64,000 bases of DNA from Pocillopora damicornis. Lineage: Eukaryota. The stretch is from assembly GCF_003704095.1 (NCBI RefSeq), contig NW_020843402.1, forward strand, positions 558,001 through 622,000, in the 5' to 3' direction. Under the pieces are notes generated by a model. It did not search any database and was not told the DNA's origin. It saw only the letters and a program-made list of their open reading frames with translations. Below, piece after piece: positions 13,718-24,963 of the stretch; the stretch's first letter is position 1; each line of letters begins with the position of its first letter. Position numbers and translations under genes: made by a program.

Positions 13718-15721
13718 TTAATACGGCCTGCAGCCGACAGGACCTGAGCAACTGCCATTTCGTAATCCTGCTTGAGAACGCCATAGATCAACACTAGATG
13801 AAGTTGGTTTCCTTATACAGCGTGAATTCAATTCCTTTTGACCTCCACTCGTATCGACTTCGTTACCACGGCAACCATGGAGAGAGCAATCATGAGTTGA
13901 TGTGTATGTGCTTGGCATGGAAAAATGCCAGGAAGTATCATACTGCCTAACAGGATATTGTTTAAAAGTGTACGGCTGTCTTTGGTGGGAAAACACCTGA
14001 GCAGCTTCTTTTGAATTCCGTCCAGGGCTCGCTCTTGATCCAAGTGCAGTCGCTACTTCTCTTGTTTCTGCCGATGGGGTCTCCCCACCAATGGCGATAC
14101 TTGGAGGAACAGGAATAGAAGTTCGCCCAGTTGTATCATGAATGCTGATTTTGACATGGTTATCTGATTTGTAAGATGTGCTGCTATGGTTGCTTGGCTT
14201 GGGGAATTTTGTTACTTTTTCTTGCTTTCTGTACTTTGCTCGTCTGTTTTTAAACCAAACCTGCCGGATGATAAATGATTGTCGAATGAGTTTCATCAAA
14301 AAGGGCTGTCACCTGGCAGTTAAATGAACATGGTCTAGCAAATCGGGACATCCCGTAGTTGCGAAAAGGAAATCAAGTATGTAAGCACCAACTATTTCCC
14401 ATACGAAAACTGCATGCCACACAGGGCACGAAAACCAACAAACAAATGTTTTTAATCCTTCGAGCTAGTTTGTAATTTTACTTTTTCATTTGATATGTTT
14501 CGGTCATTAGTAGGGTTTTAAAAATATTTTGTTGCTCAACAAGAATATTTTACTATTCCAAATCCATAGCCAGAAGGTTTTCTGTCAACAAACCTAGTGC
14601 ACTCTTTCACTTTCTAAAACTCATTGCCCTGTATTTGTTGAGAGTACATAATTTAATTACAAATGGGCTTTCAGGTCTTGTCGTTTCCAATAGCAGAAGG
14701 CCGCTTTTACTTGGGGTATACTATTCCGTGCAGGTATTGAATTAAAAAAATAAAAGTACCTGAATCCTTGACTCTGGAAGATTTGTCCAAGTTGCTAGCT
14801 GTTCCCTCATAACCACATCCGGGTAATGTGTCTTTGTGAATGTGTTTTCAAGAAGCTGAAGCTGTTGATACGTGAAAGCTGTGCGAGAACGTCGGTGTTT
14901 TCCCCTTGTAGAGCTGTAATGTACCTCTAGGATTATATCTGCAATGTGAACACTTAAATTATTTTTTCTTTCGAAAATGTTTGGTTGCAAAGTGATGACA
15001 AGGTAGATCCAAAGGTAAATCCCTCTGAATTGTAAAGAATACCATGTTGTGAAGAGGTTAAATGTCACATTTTGAAATTTTGAAGATAAACAGGTATAGA
15101 GCTTCAACTATATGAGAAATGTTCGGAAAACGGAAATTGTCGAAACTTCTCGGAATTTTGTGAAAATGTGCTTCTTCATAATTCATAATTACTGCTACTC
15201 GAATGTGACGATGCACTGCCAGTGTCTTTCTCTGAAGGAAAAGGCAAAGATTTAGAGGTGTAAAATGACGTAATTTGGCTATCCTTCTGGGGAACAGTCT
15301 TTGTTTCTGGGTCTCTGGGTTTCTGTTTCGATCAACACACAAACAATGGTCTTTACAAGCCGAGGACGGTTGTTTACAGAAAGTGTGGTCGTCGTTCGCT
15401 AGTCGCTAGAAGTTGGAGTCGCTGCTCTGTTTATGGTCTAAGTATTTGAATACCCAGTAGCTCTGAATCAAGAGTCGTAAAGAGCTCACAGTAGAAAGAT
15501 TTCGATTTGCTGCATTTATCATTAAATCAACTGAATGATTTATCTAGGGTCTTTCAATCGAAGCAAAATAGACTGAAAAGTATTAGTAACATACCTGCCA
15601 AGCGCTCTGCTAATGTGAGAGCCTGCGGTGCCTTCGGTTCATCAAACATCTGTCTGGCATTTCTCGAAGATGGATTACTTCTTAATATATTGTCGATTGA
15701 AAATGATGATGTTAAGTCCAT
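13718..15721 (-). CDS. Dmbx: Dmbx-like homeobox gene, paralogue 2; join of exons 15595-15721, 14760-14938, 13718-14260 (about 282 aa)
   Basis: Exon 1 (not in the ORF track): [43 protein letters not shown]|GTATGT. Exon 2: [60 protein letters not shown]. Exon 3: [25 protein letters not shown] and RRSRTAFT...[10 protein letters not shown] match the Dmbx1 signature. Confidence 0.93.
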
Positions 15722-16717
15722 CGTGTGACGTTTACTTCAGATCAACGATAAAGTACGGTCAACGTTGCCTACCTCTCAGTAGCCGCACTGGAAAATACAA
15801 CAAGAGGAGACTGAACTAGTGATTAATGTTAATGCTTTTGTGAGAACATCACATGGATTTTTAATCTCAAGAGGTGTCGTGCGGGTTTTTGTTACTTCGG
15901 TTAAGTTGTCTGGTAAATGTCACGTTGGGAAAATGGCTTTTTGCCTGCTGTGATAATTTCCACTTCTGTTTTAAGCGAGAAATCCGAAATTTCCTTTCTT
16001 AATTTGTCTTAAGTTTAAATGAATGATCGCCAGGTATTTTGTATGATCCAGAGAGTGACGCTTTCTTCCACATTAAAATAGTGTTATAGTGATGAAAATA
16101 CCAGTTGCGGCATTCACCCAACAAATAAATATAAAATGCACCTACATTGTGAAAAACGGGTCTTAAACGGTATTTTAATGCGATTATTTTGTATACAATT
16201 TACTAAGTGGGCCACATTGTAATATTCCCATGGCTCGGCCATTCAGAATTCAAGAATTATTGCATTGTTTCATATGATAAGCTTATATAAACAAGCTATC
16301 GAGCCTGGAGATGGATTTTGGCCTCTTTAAGCGAGGTAAAACAGAAGAGAAAATAGGAACACTTGTTCACAAGCGTACCTTTCGCAGAAGGTATAAAACA
16401 TGAAGCTTACGTTAACTTGATTTAGCGCCATTACAAAAATCAGGAAGTCGGAAGATGAAACTTTTATAACTCAGGAAAGCAGGACTATTGACCGTGAGGC
16501 TCGCATATCGAGTTCTTTAACCACCATTTCGAAAAGAGCGTAAAAAAGGTCATACCTTTGAGCAAAGTACTTCTAAAACTCCAGTGTTGACATGTAATGA
16601 AGAAAAAATTGTGCACAGTAGAAGTCGTATGCTTGTTATGTGACTTATCTAAGAGATGCAACTGATTAGTAATCCAAATCTCCCTTCTGTAACACAAGAA
16701 AGTACCGAGCTGTCGTC

Positions 16718-16765
16718 GTGATTGATGGTAATTTAATTAGAACGGACTGTACCCCACCTAAAGGT
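16718..16765. promoter_or_regulatory. Candidate paralogous cis-element upstream of paralogue 2 (copy B)
   Basis: gtgattgatggtaatttaatt ... ccccacctaaaggt; matches 9977-10024. Confidence 0.55.
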
Positions 16766-19726
16766 AGTTATTGTAGTGGTAACCAATTAGCGCAATCTTT
16801 TTGTGCGGGAGCTATTACTGATCCGTAAATCACACTTTTGTATGGGCCGGTTATCCACTGGTTTTGAATACCATTGTATGCAATTTTTCATCCATTAAAT
16901 TTAGGCTTCCTGAGTTACGTTTCGAAATAATGTCATCTGAGAAGTTCTGCGTGTTCCAAAGAAAACAAATATTATATACTTGCTAAAGGCTTTGCACTGT
17001 GTTGAGAATTAACCCTCTCTTCCCTTCCTCTCTACTGGTTGAGTTTGTAATAAACGTATTCTTTAGTGAACTGTTGACGTTTTGTACTGAAATGAAAAGC
17101 ACCGATTTAGGTCCCCCACAGAAGTGCATAATTGAAGTAGAAAAGAATCCTTATTGGAAGCCATTACTCGCTTTTCAAAACATTTAGCTTATGTTCTAAT
17201 CCCTTTTAATGGGAATGGAACATGGAGAGTGAATATTTTTTCTGAGAAGTGCTAGGAAAAACAGGGATGTTTTGTAAACATATTGAACTTAAGCTTCTCA
17301 GTATACGTCGTTTTGTTATGTCCTTGGCCATGTTCTTTCTTTAGGGAACAGTGAAGGAAAAAGAAAAAAAATATCCTGTCACGTTTTCTCACCTTTTGTC
17401 AGCGACCTCCTGCGTTGAACGTAATTATAGTAATTGGAATAGTGTACACAAAACGTAACGGTGGAGGGATTATTGCATAACTTTTAGTGTGCTAGTTAAT
17501 TTTTTTGGGCATTTTAGAAGGTCCTTGCTCGAAAACACTTTGTTCTATGTTAATATTTTAGTCCAATTTCTAAGTACATGTTAATAGGGTTAAGAAGCGT
17601 GTCGGCCACTTCAACTTTGCCCATGTCCATTTTTAATGTGCTGATGTGATTCTGTTTAACTTGTGATCAACGTGTATGTTTAGCAGACAGGAAACGCATA
17701 TTGCATGTGGCGAAAATCATGCGATTTCATTACTGGCTTTACAGGGAATGAGGTGTCGTTGTATCGAAGCTCCCAAGCTTCGAGCTCTACTGCTTCGCAT
17801 TCATTATTCGCATAAAAAGTTACTGTCAAAGCTGCTCAAAGGCTCAACGTCACTCCCTAAGTGTTCATTATCGCCTTAAAGGTTTTGAAAATATTCAAAG
17901 GATTGCGTTAATCTCATTTTCGTTACCCCAAGGGGAGGGTGTGAAAATCCACGGAGTCATTTCTGCTTCAAGTTGTTGGTTGGAAACGCGGGGGTGAAGG
18001 CTTTCCTGTTGGTGAATCATATCTTTAAATCAGTTAAGTGTTAGAAACCCTGGTAAACGGCGTATCCGTTGAGTGCCGATCGCGTAAATTGCCATGCAAT
18101 GTGTCTCATTGAATTTAACGCCGACCACATAGGATTAAGCCCTTCTTGTAACCGGAAACAGAATGAAGCAAAACAACGTGGAACTCAGTAGACTTGCCCT
18201 CTGTGATCTGAACGATCATTTTGTTATTCCCAATGTACACAAAAAACTAGCTATTTACTCTCTAGAAAAATACGAAAGTATATTTGTATTAATTTTGTGA
18301 AAGAGAATCATAACCAGTGTGAAATTTAGCTCATTTTCTTGCTTCTGAGAGCTTTGGTCAGGTTTCTCCCATAGCGACGAAGTCCTGAGTTGTTAGTATT
18401 AGCAAGGTCAAAGCAATGGGAAATTGAACTGAAATATGCCATAACAACTTAAATTAGCTTTCATCGTGGTCTCTGTGAAGTCTCTAAGTGTTCTACAAAG
18501 ATGGTCTGTCGGTGGTGTTTTCGAGCGAAGAGGAGGGATGGGTGAAACCTATCGTAAAGATGGTGAGACGGACGAACACCCCCACTGATATTGCTTTTGA
18601 TTATTTGTGCGTTGAGTGAAGTTTTGCTTGACGTTTGCTCTTACTTGGGAAACTGTTAAAATATTTTAATATTGACCACAAAGGAGCGTGGAGGCAATTA
18701 CAAAGATTTCGAGCAAGAAATAAGATTAATACGAAGAGTTCAAAATTTTTACGTGGCTGAAAAATAGACAAGAGGTCAGACAGCTACTCAGCGTACTCTA
18801 CCGGCAAAATTATAAAACTAAGAGGTGCTGTCAGTTCTGATTAACTATGATGCTTCTTTTTTAACTCTTCTTCGTGCTCTTCGAGTAAATCTGGAAATTA
18901 TGAAGCTTGGTGTAAAATGGAGATCGTTCATCCATGCCTTTCGGCTGCGATTGATGATAGATTATTTGCCGTGTCAAGCCAAAAAAGTTACAAAGTTTAT
19001 TTTTAAAGTTTGTTTAACGGAAAGTCGGCAGGCTCAATAACTACCGAAGATCTGAAAACAACGCGAAGGGAGGCGAGTAAATTTATAGCATTTCGAGCAA
19101 AAAAACCTTTTACTAAGTTATCGGTCCAAGTCAGCTCTCTATTGATATTTATTGACAAAGTGTAGGTGTCCGAAAGGTCAGCAAAGATAGCAAAATTACA
19201 ATATCACAATAAGTTAAAACAGGAACATGAAAGCACAAACTAACCTTTGAGTGGAAAAATGATACAGGGATAAGATGATTTCAAGAATTCGCAACTGTTC
19301 GTAAAATAGTAGAAATTTTATAACGGTAATTAATCTTTTTTAAGTATCGAAGTATTTTGACAGTTAGTTCATAAAAGTTGCTTTCTTTAAGCTGCTCACT
19401 CAGATCAACCATTCTAGCCTCTCAGCCCTAAGAACTTAAACAGTAAATAAATTCTTAAACGTAAATTTGCTGTTGATGATTTACACATGAACATAATAGT
19501 ATGTTCTGGGTCATTAACATTTCTGGTCATTGCACACTTAAACTGGAGAATTTACTTCTTGATGATGGAAAGAACTGAAATATTAACTTTGTTCGTATTC
19601 ACTATGATATGAAAAAATTAAACGAACATGCATCCTGATTACATTTAAAGGTCACTGAATTTGCTCGATCATCAAATATTGCTGTTTTACGTTAACTTTT
19701 TCGTGTATTCTTAAAAAAAAGATTGT

Positions 19727-19736
19727 AATATATATG

Positions 19737-19773
<37 letters not shown>
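19727..19773. repeat. (TA)n microsatellite abutting the assembly gap
   Basis: Run of tatatata... (with a short tatg interruption) that ends at the N run. Confidence 0.95.
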
Positions 19774-19871
19774 NNNNNNNNNNNNNNNNNNNNNNNNNNN
19801 NNNNNNNNNNNNNNNNNNNNNNNNNNNNNNNNNNNNNNNNNNNNNNNNNNNNNNNNNNNNNNNNNNNNNNN
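19774..19871. other. Assembly gap (98 N)
   Basis: Run of Ns 21 bp downstream of the paralogue 3 stop codon. Confidence 0.99.
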
Positions 19872-19892
19872 AAAAAACACTTTCGTTGGGTT

Positions 19893-22784
19893 CTAAACGA
19901 GCTTCCAAGCAGATGTAAGCGTAGGTAACATCGCTGTGATTGGTGGTAAGGGAGGCATCTCGTCTTTATTTTGCCCAGTGTTTGAAGGGGTGTTTCCTTG
20001 TGGCGAGAAAGTTGGCGTGAACGGTAAACTTGATAAACGAGTCAGATAAAATTGCATCCCTGAGTTCTTGAAGTTTTTTCTTCTGTTGACAGGTATGACA
20101 GGGCTGGTCTTTTGCTTCCTGAACTTTGCTCTCCTGTTTTTAAACCAAATCTGCAAGACGATGTTGGATAATAGCTTAGTTTAAGAGATCATTATCTTGC
20201 CTAAATAGCGCACAATGTATGATATTCCTTCCTTCACATAATTTCCACATCATCATATCAATGACCTGATTCAAAATATCTCAGGAGATTGGGTGTCACT
20301 TTCATTTTACATGATCAATATTTCTTTGCTTCGTGTTTGCTTAATTATTCCATGGGCTGTATACAATCCCTTACGTACCATACTCATTAGCATGTATGTT
20401 TTGCGGGGATTAAATAGCACTTGTTGCTGCACCTGAATAAGATGAACACCCTTTGCAAATCGCCATCCCCAAAAAATTCAGCGAAGATACTGAACGGATA
20501 ACAAAACGTGACCTGAGCCGAGTGATAGAAATCTGAAATTTAGCGAGCTAACCAAAAGCATATATTCGAGTAATGACTCAATCATACAACTAATTGCTCT
20601 CAGAAATAGTCAGTCTTGGCTAAGGAAATAACTATCACCTGTATTGTTGAGTCTGGCAAGCTTGTGCACATGTTTAACTGTTCCCTCATCACAATATCAG
20701 GGTAGTGCGTGTGTGAAAATGTATTCTCCAAGGTCTTCAGTTGATATTGGGTGAATGCCGTGCGCGTCCGCCGTCGTTTCTGACTTAGTCCGCCTTCTGC
20801 ATTAATCTTGGCGTCCATAATCACATCTGAGCATGGAAATAGAACGTTACTGAGTCAGTCAGCTATGCACTTAGCAGTTTTTGAAATCGTTTTGATCAGT
20901 GTTTGCTTAAGTACATGTTCATAGGACGATAACTGTCATGCATGATAAACATTACAACTGACCACCTACACACAGCAATCATCTTTGCATATACTGTACA
21001 GCGAAACTTTTCATAAAATTCAAGTAACACGAGGAAACCACATACTTTACTCGCCAAACACAACATAGCTAGTGCATAGCTTTACGTATGCAACATAGCC
21101 GAGTGCATAGCTTTACGTATGATTTGCTTTATTGCAATTACAGATTCAACACCTCACCAATTGTAATATTTTATGCAGAAAGTTCAAGTAATCTATTACA
21201 GACCGTAGTTATACGTAGAATGAAATGGTGCAAAATTCACTGACAATTTTCAACAAGCGTAGTTGGCTTTCTTTTGTCGGTTGCAACTAAAAAAAAGTTG
21301 CCGCAAAAAATTTCAACGACTAAGTTCTTATTTCATTTAAATCCAACTGCATGCGATAAATAAGACATTTAGTTATCTCCGAATAATCTTCTGCTTATTG
21401 AAGAAATTTGGCGCCTTCTCCATTTCACGGACAAACGCGTTTGCAGGATGATTACAAATTATGTTTTTATCTCAATGAAGGATCGGTAATGACTGTGCGT
21501 TGGATAATTGGTGAGTCAATCAAACAAAATAGAGGAGACTTCTAATGTGGTACCCTTAGATTGACGGTTATCAGTACAGAAAGGCTCTGAGCAATTAATA
21601 ATCCTTTGACAGGATATGGCTTCAGTGGAATGTGACCGGTACTATTTTCACGGTAGGATTAATTCGGTTCTGTCGATGAAAGGTTTCCGACTTCTTCGCC
21701 TGTATTATAAACAGCTAATTTGATCGAATATTCTATTAAAAAAATTAGCACCCCGGTTCTTAAGAATACCACTGAAGTACCACTGAACCCCAATTAACTC
21801 AGAAACACTGAAGTACGCTTTGAAAACAGACATGAATAATAGTGTAGGTTGTTGAAAGTTCTCTGTGCTTGGGTCCATAGTGAAGTGTTGCCTACTGATG
21901 TACAGTGTCGTACAAACGTTTGAGATCTCCATTCAGTTACTAGATAAACGTCTTACGTATATGCTGCTGATCTATAACGGCCGGTGATATTTATGTTTAA
22001 ACTTCTTTGAAAGCGTTATAGGATTCACTATGCCGTTGCTCCCACAACATAACATAAGTTAGACGCGCGTGATGGAGACATTTGAAGGAGAGTTTTAACT
22101 TTTTTGATGGCTATTTGGGCCGTTGGCAGCGGCCATATTTTCATTTTTTCTGGTATCACCCGAACTTCCTATTCAGTAAAAGCAAACGAAAAAAATTATT
22201 TATTATTCTTCGTAAGCTCACTTATCTACTTAAATTTGTTTCCATGAAACGGCTCCAAGTAGTTTCTTGATCACCGTTGTCGCCAATTACGAGTCATCGG
22301 AATCTATATTCGTAGAAAGTACTCATAATTAGATGGGTGTTGCAAACACATCTCTGGGAAGGTCAGCCGACGTTTAAGATGTCAGATAAATGATGCTAAA
22401 AATCTAAAATTTTCTTCCATTTCAGGCTGGAAAAACAATATCGACGTTTTCTAATAAATGTAGCATGGATCTTTGGTTTGAAAGAAACTGAAGAGCAGTT
22501 AGCATCACTGGTACAATCCCGGCCTCAAATAATGACTCCCATTTCATCAGGTGCTTTAACATTTCAGCAGCAGGTAAGTAGCTTATGAGAATTCTTACAC
22601 ACTAATCTGGCTTAACGCCCTCCTAAACCACAGCTATTCTTCACCAACCTGCAAGTCGTTCAGCAAGAGTCAAAGCTTTGCTAGCGTTGCTGTTAGATTG
22701 GCCTTTCTTCTTCGCTCCTCTAGATAGATCGTCCTTTAAGATGTTTGCCACAGAAAATGGAAGTGCTTCCACTGACTCCCCCAT
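19893..22784 (-). CDS. Dmbx: Dmbx-like homeobox gene, paralogue 3; join of exons 22649-22784, 20639-20826, 19893-20150 (about 193 aa)
   Basis: Exon 1 (not in the ORF track): [46 protein letters not shown]|GT. Exon 2 (188 bp): [63 protein letters not shown]. Exon 3: [13 protein letters not shown]. Canonical GT-AG junctions, frame preserved. Confidence 0.92.
21061..21121. repeat. Two-copy tandem duplication of about 30 bp in intron 1 of paralogue 3
   Basis: caacatagctagtgcatagctttacgtatg followed by caacatagccgagtgcatagctttacgtatg. Confidence 0.9.
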
Positions 22785-24963
22785 GAGGACCTTCAAACAA
22801 ACACGCTACTGCACTAAATCAGTACTGTCGCAGTGTACACACTCCTGCTTTTGTTTGTTTAACTAACTGAAGCCAGCCTCCTGTACAACTTCCTCACTTT
22901 CCCCTACGCTTTTAGAGTGGTATGTAACTCACAGTTTACTGTGACTCACTGCTAAGTTCTTGACACGTGTTAAATCAGTTATCCTCAGCTTAGAGTAAGC
23001 CGAGAAAGCTATCCAATAATTTGTCTGTTCCCCTGGCATGATGTCAATAGAATGATGGAAGATGTGATTGTAACGTGCAGAAATCTAGTTTATCAATTTC
23101 ATCCAAAGCTGCACCCTTGACTCAAACACAACTGTTTTTTCTAAAGATTGACGATAAAGGCCTCTCCAAACTTGTGCTGAGCTTGAAATTTCAACCTCAG
23201 ATCTTGGCCTCAAGATCAATCTAAGCACGTATACTTCTGTTTACCAACGAAATTTCTATGTCGCGGTGGATGTCTACTACTGACATCTAGCCCATATACG
23301 CCCTACAAGTTTGGATTATAGGAGACAATGTATTCATACATTTGGCTTTAACATTAGTTTGTACTTTTTCATTTAGGTTTCGGACAGAGGGCCAAACTTG
23401 ATCGCCTCAATCGATTTTCAGCTGTTATCTGCCTTGGCCCTTGCTGTCTGTTGTTTTATGAAGTTATCGCTGTGTGTGAGCTGCATGTTTTACCGACAGT
23501 GTAAATGGATCTATTTAGTGCTTTTTCTCATTTAAAAAGCAATTTATCATTTTCTGTCATGACTGCTTTGACAATAGAATATCAGAAATCAATTGCTGAT
23601 AGGTCACTCCTGGTTCAATGAATTCTGATACTTTCTCAAAATTCCGTTATGAAGAGGCTTTGTAGGGTGCATTATACAACCAGTGACAAGGACGTTAGCT
23701 ATTCTAGCCTCAGTGCTAATTAATTCTCCATCTTCCCTCTTCTTGAAACAAGTAGCGTCCTCGCTTCATCAAGGCAGTGGAGGTGGCCTTATAGCCAAGT
23801 GATCATGTTCGGGGACGTTTGGGGAAAATGTAAGCGGCTGGTGGTTTGGCTTAGAAAGACAAAGAATAAAGGTAATGAACAAAACTGAAATCATGCAGTT
23901 TACCCTTGAAGAATATACCTTTCATATTTAGAGGGAAATCTTATGGCCTGAATTGAGTAGAAAAATATTTTCAGCAAACTAATTCTTAAAGCAATTCTTT
24001 TACGTTGAGAAAAATATTCATTTAAAATATTTTTTTGTTAGCCCTAAACTCATTTCTAAAGATCTAACATTTCGACGATAATGATGCAAGTATATACTTC
24101 TTCGTGTAGTAAAAGTAGGTTATTTTTGCCAAATGCTGCAATAAGAGTAGATGGATTTGAACAGAAATTGAACTAGAATTATTTCCCATAGGTAGCGTGT
24201 AAACTCTTGGTCAAAGGGTTGTTTGGGCAAAAAGATAAAAAAACGATTCAAGAATGAGCAAAGTCATTATCATTTACTGCTACAGCAGATGTTTCGGAAA
24301 CTGAAGCACTCAAAACCAGCCATATGTTATTGTAACTAAACCACGGTGCATCGTCCTTATAAATATAAACATGCTTCCTTTCTTGTAGTAAGTTTCAGGA
24401 GCGACGACTGCAATTTTACTTTATGAGATTACGAGTAATAATGAAGTAGAATGTTACTATGGATATCCTTGTTTCATATACGTGACATTGTATAAATTGC
24501 GTTTTGTTTATACTCAGTAACTGACCTTTAAATGAATAACTTAAATCAAGTTTAGTTAATCCAGGCAAGCAGTCTTAAATACCTCTCAACAAGTTTTTCT
24601 CTATCTCAAAAAGAGGTCTGGGTTTAACGTCTCACCTGCTTAAGGATAGTTTTTCCCGGCAGGGTGTAAATGATCTCGTTCAGCTATAAAAGTCTGCTTT
24701 GTTGAAGATTTTATAATTATTATTGTTGTTATTATAAGAATCATTCGTTAACGATAGTGAGGTGAAGCCCATGATGAAGGCTCCTTCACCCGACATTGTT
24801 AAAGAAACGCCTTAGACTACATAGAAGCAACAGTTTTGTCTTCGAAGTCTGCCTGATTCTTATAGTAGAGTTTCAATGGTATCATAGCAGTGAGTCAAGA
24901 GACAAGACGCAGCATAATGAAAAATACCAGTGATGGCCTGGCCGTTTGTGCGTCCGGTTGTGT

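Noticed and set aside
19893-19915. Paralogue 3 C-terminus TSAWKLV resembling the Otx tail (WKFQVL)
   Set aside because: Too short to be meaningful; the homeodomain and the LAERLA/D-V-I motif are Dmbx-type, not Otx-type.
19692-19928. ORFs containing X runs and YIYI repeats
   Set aside because: Artefacts of the (TA)n tract and the N gap.
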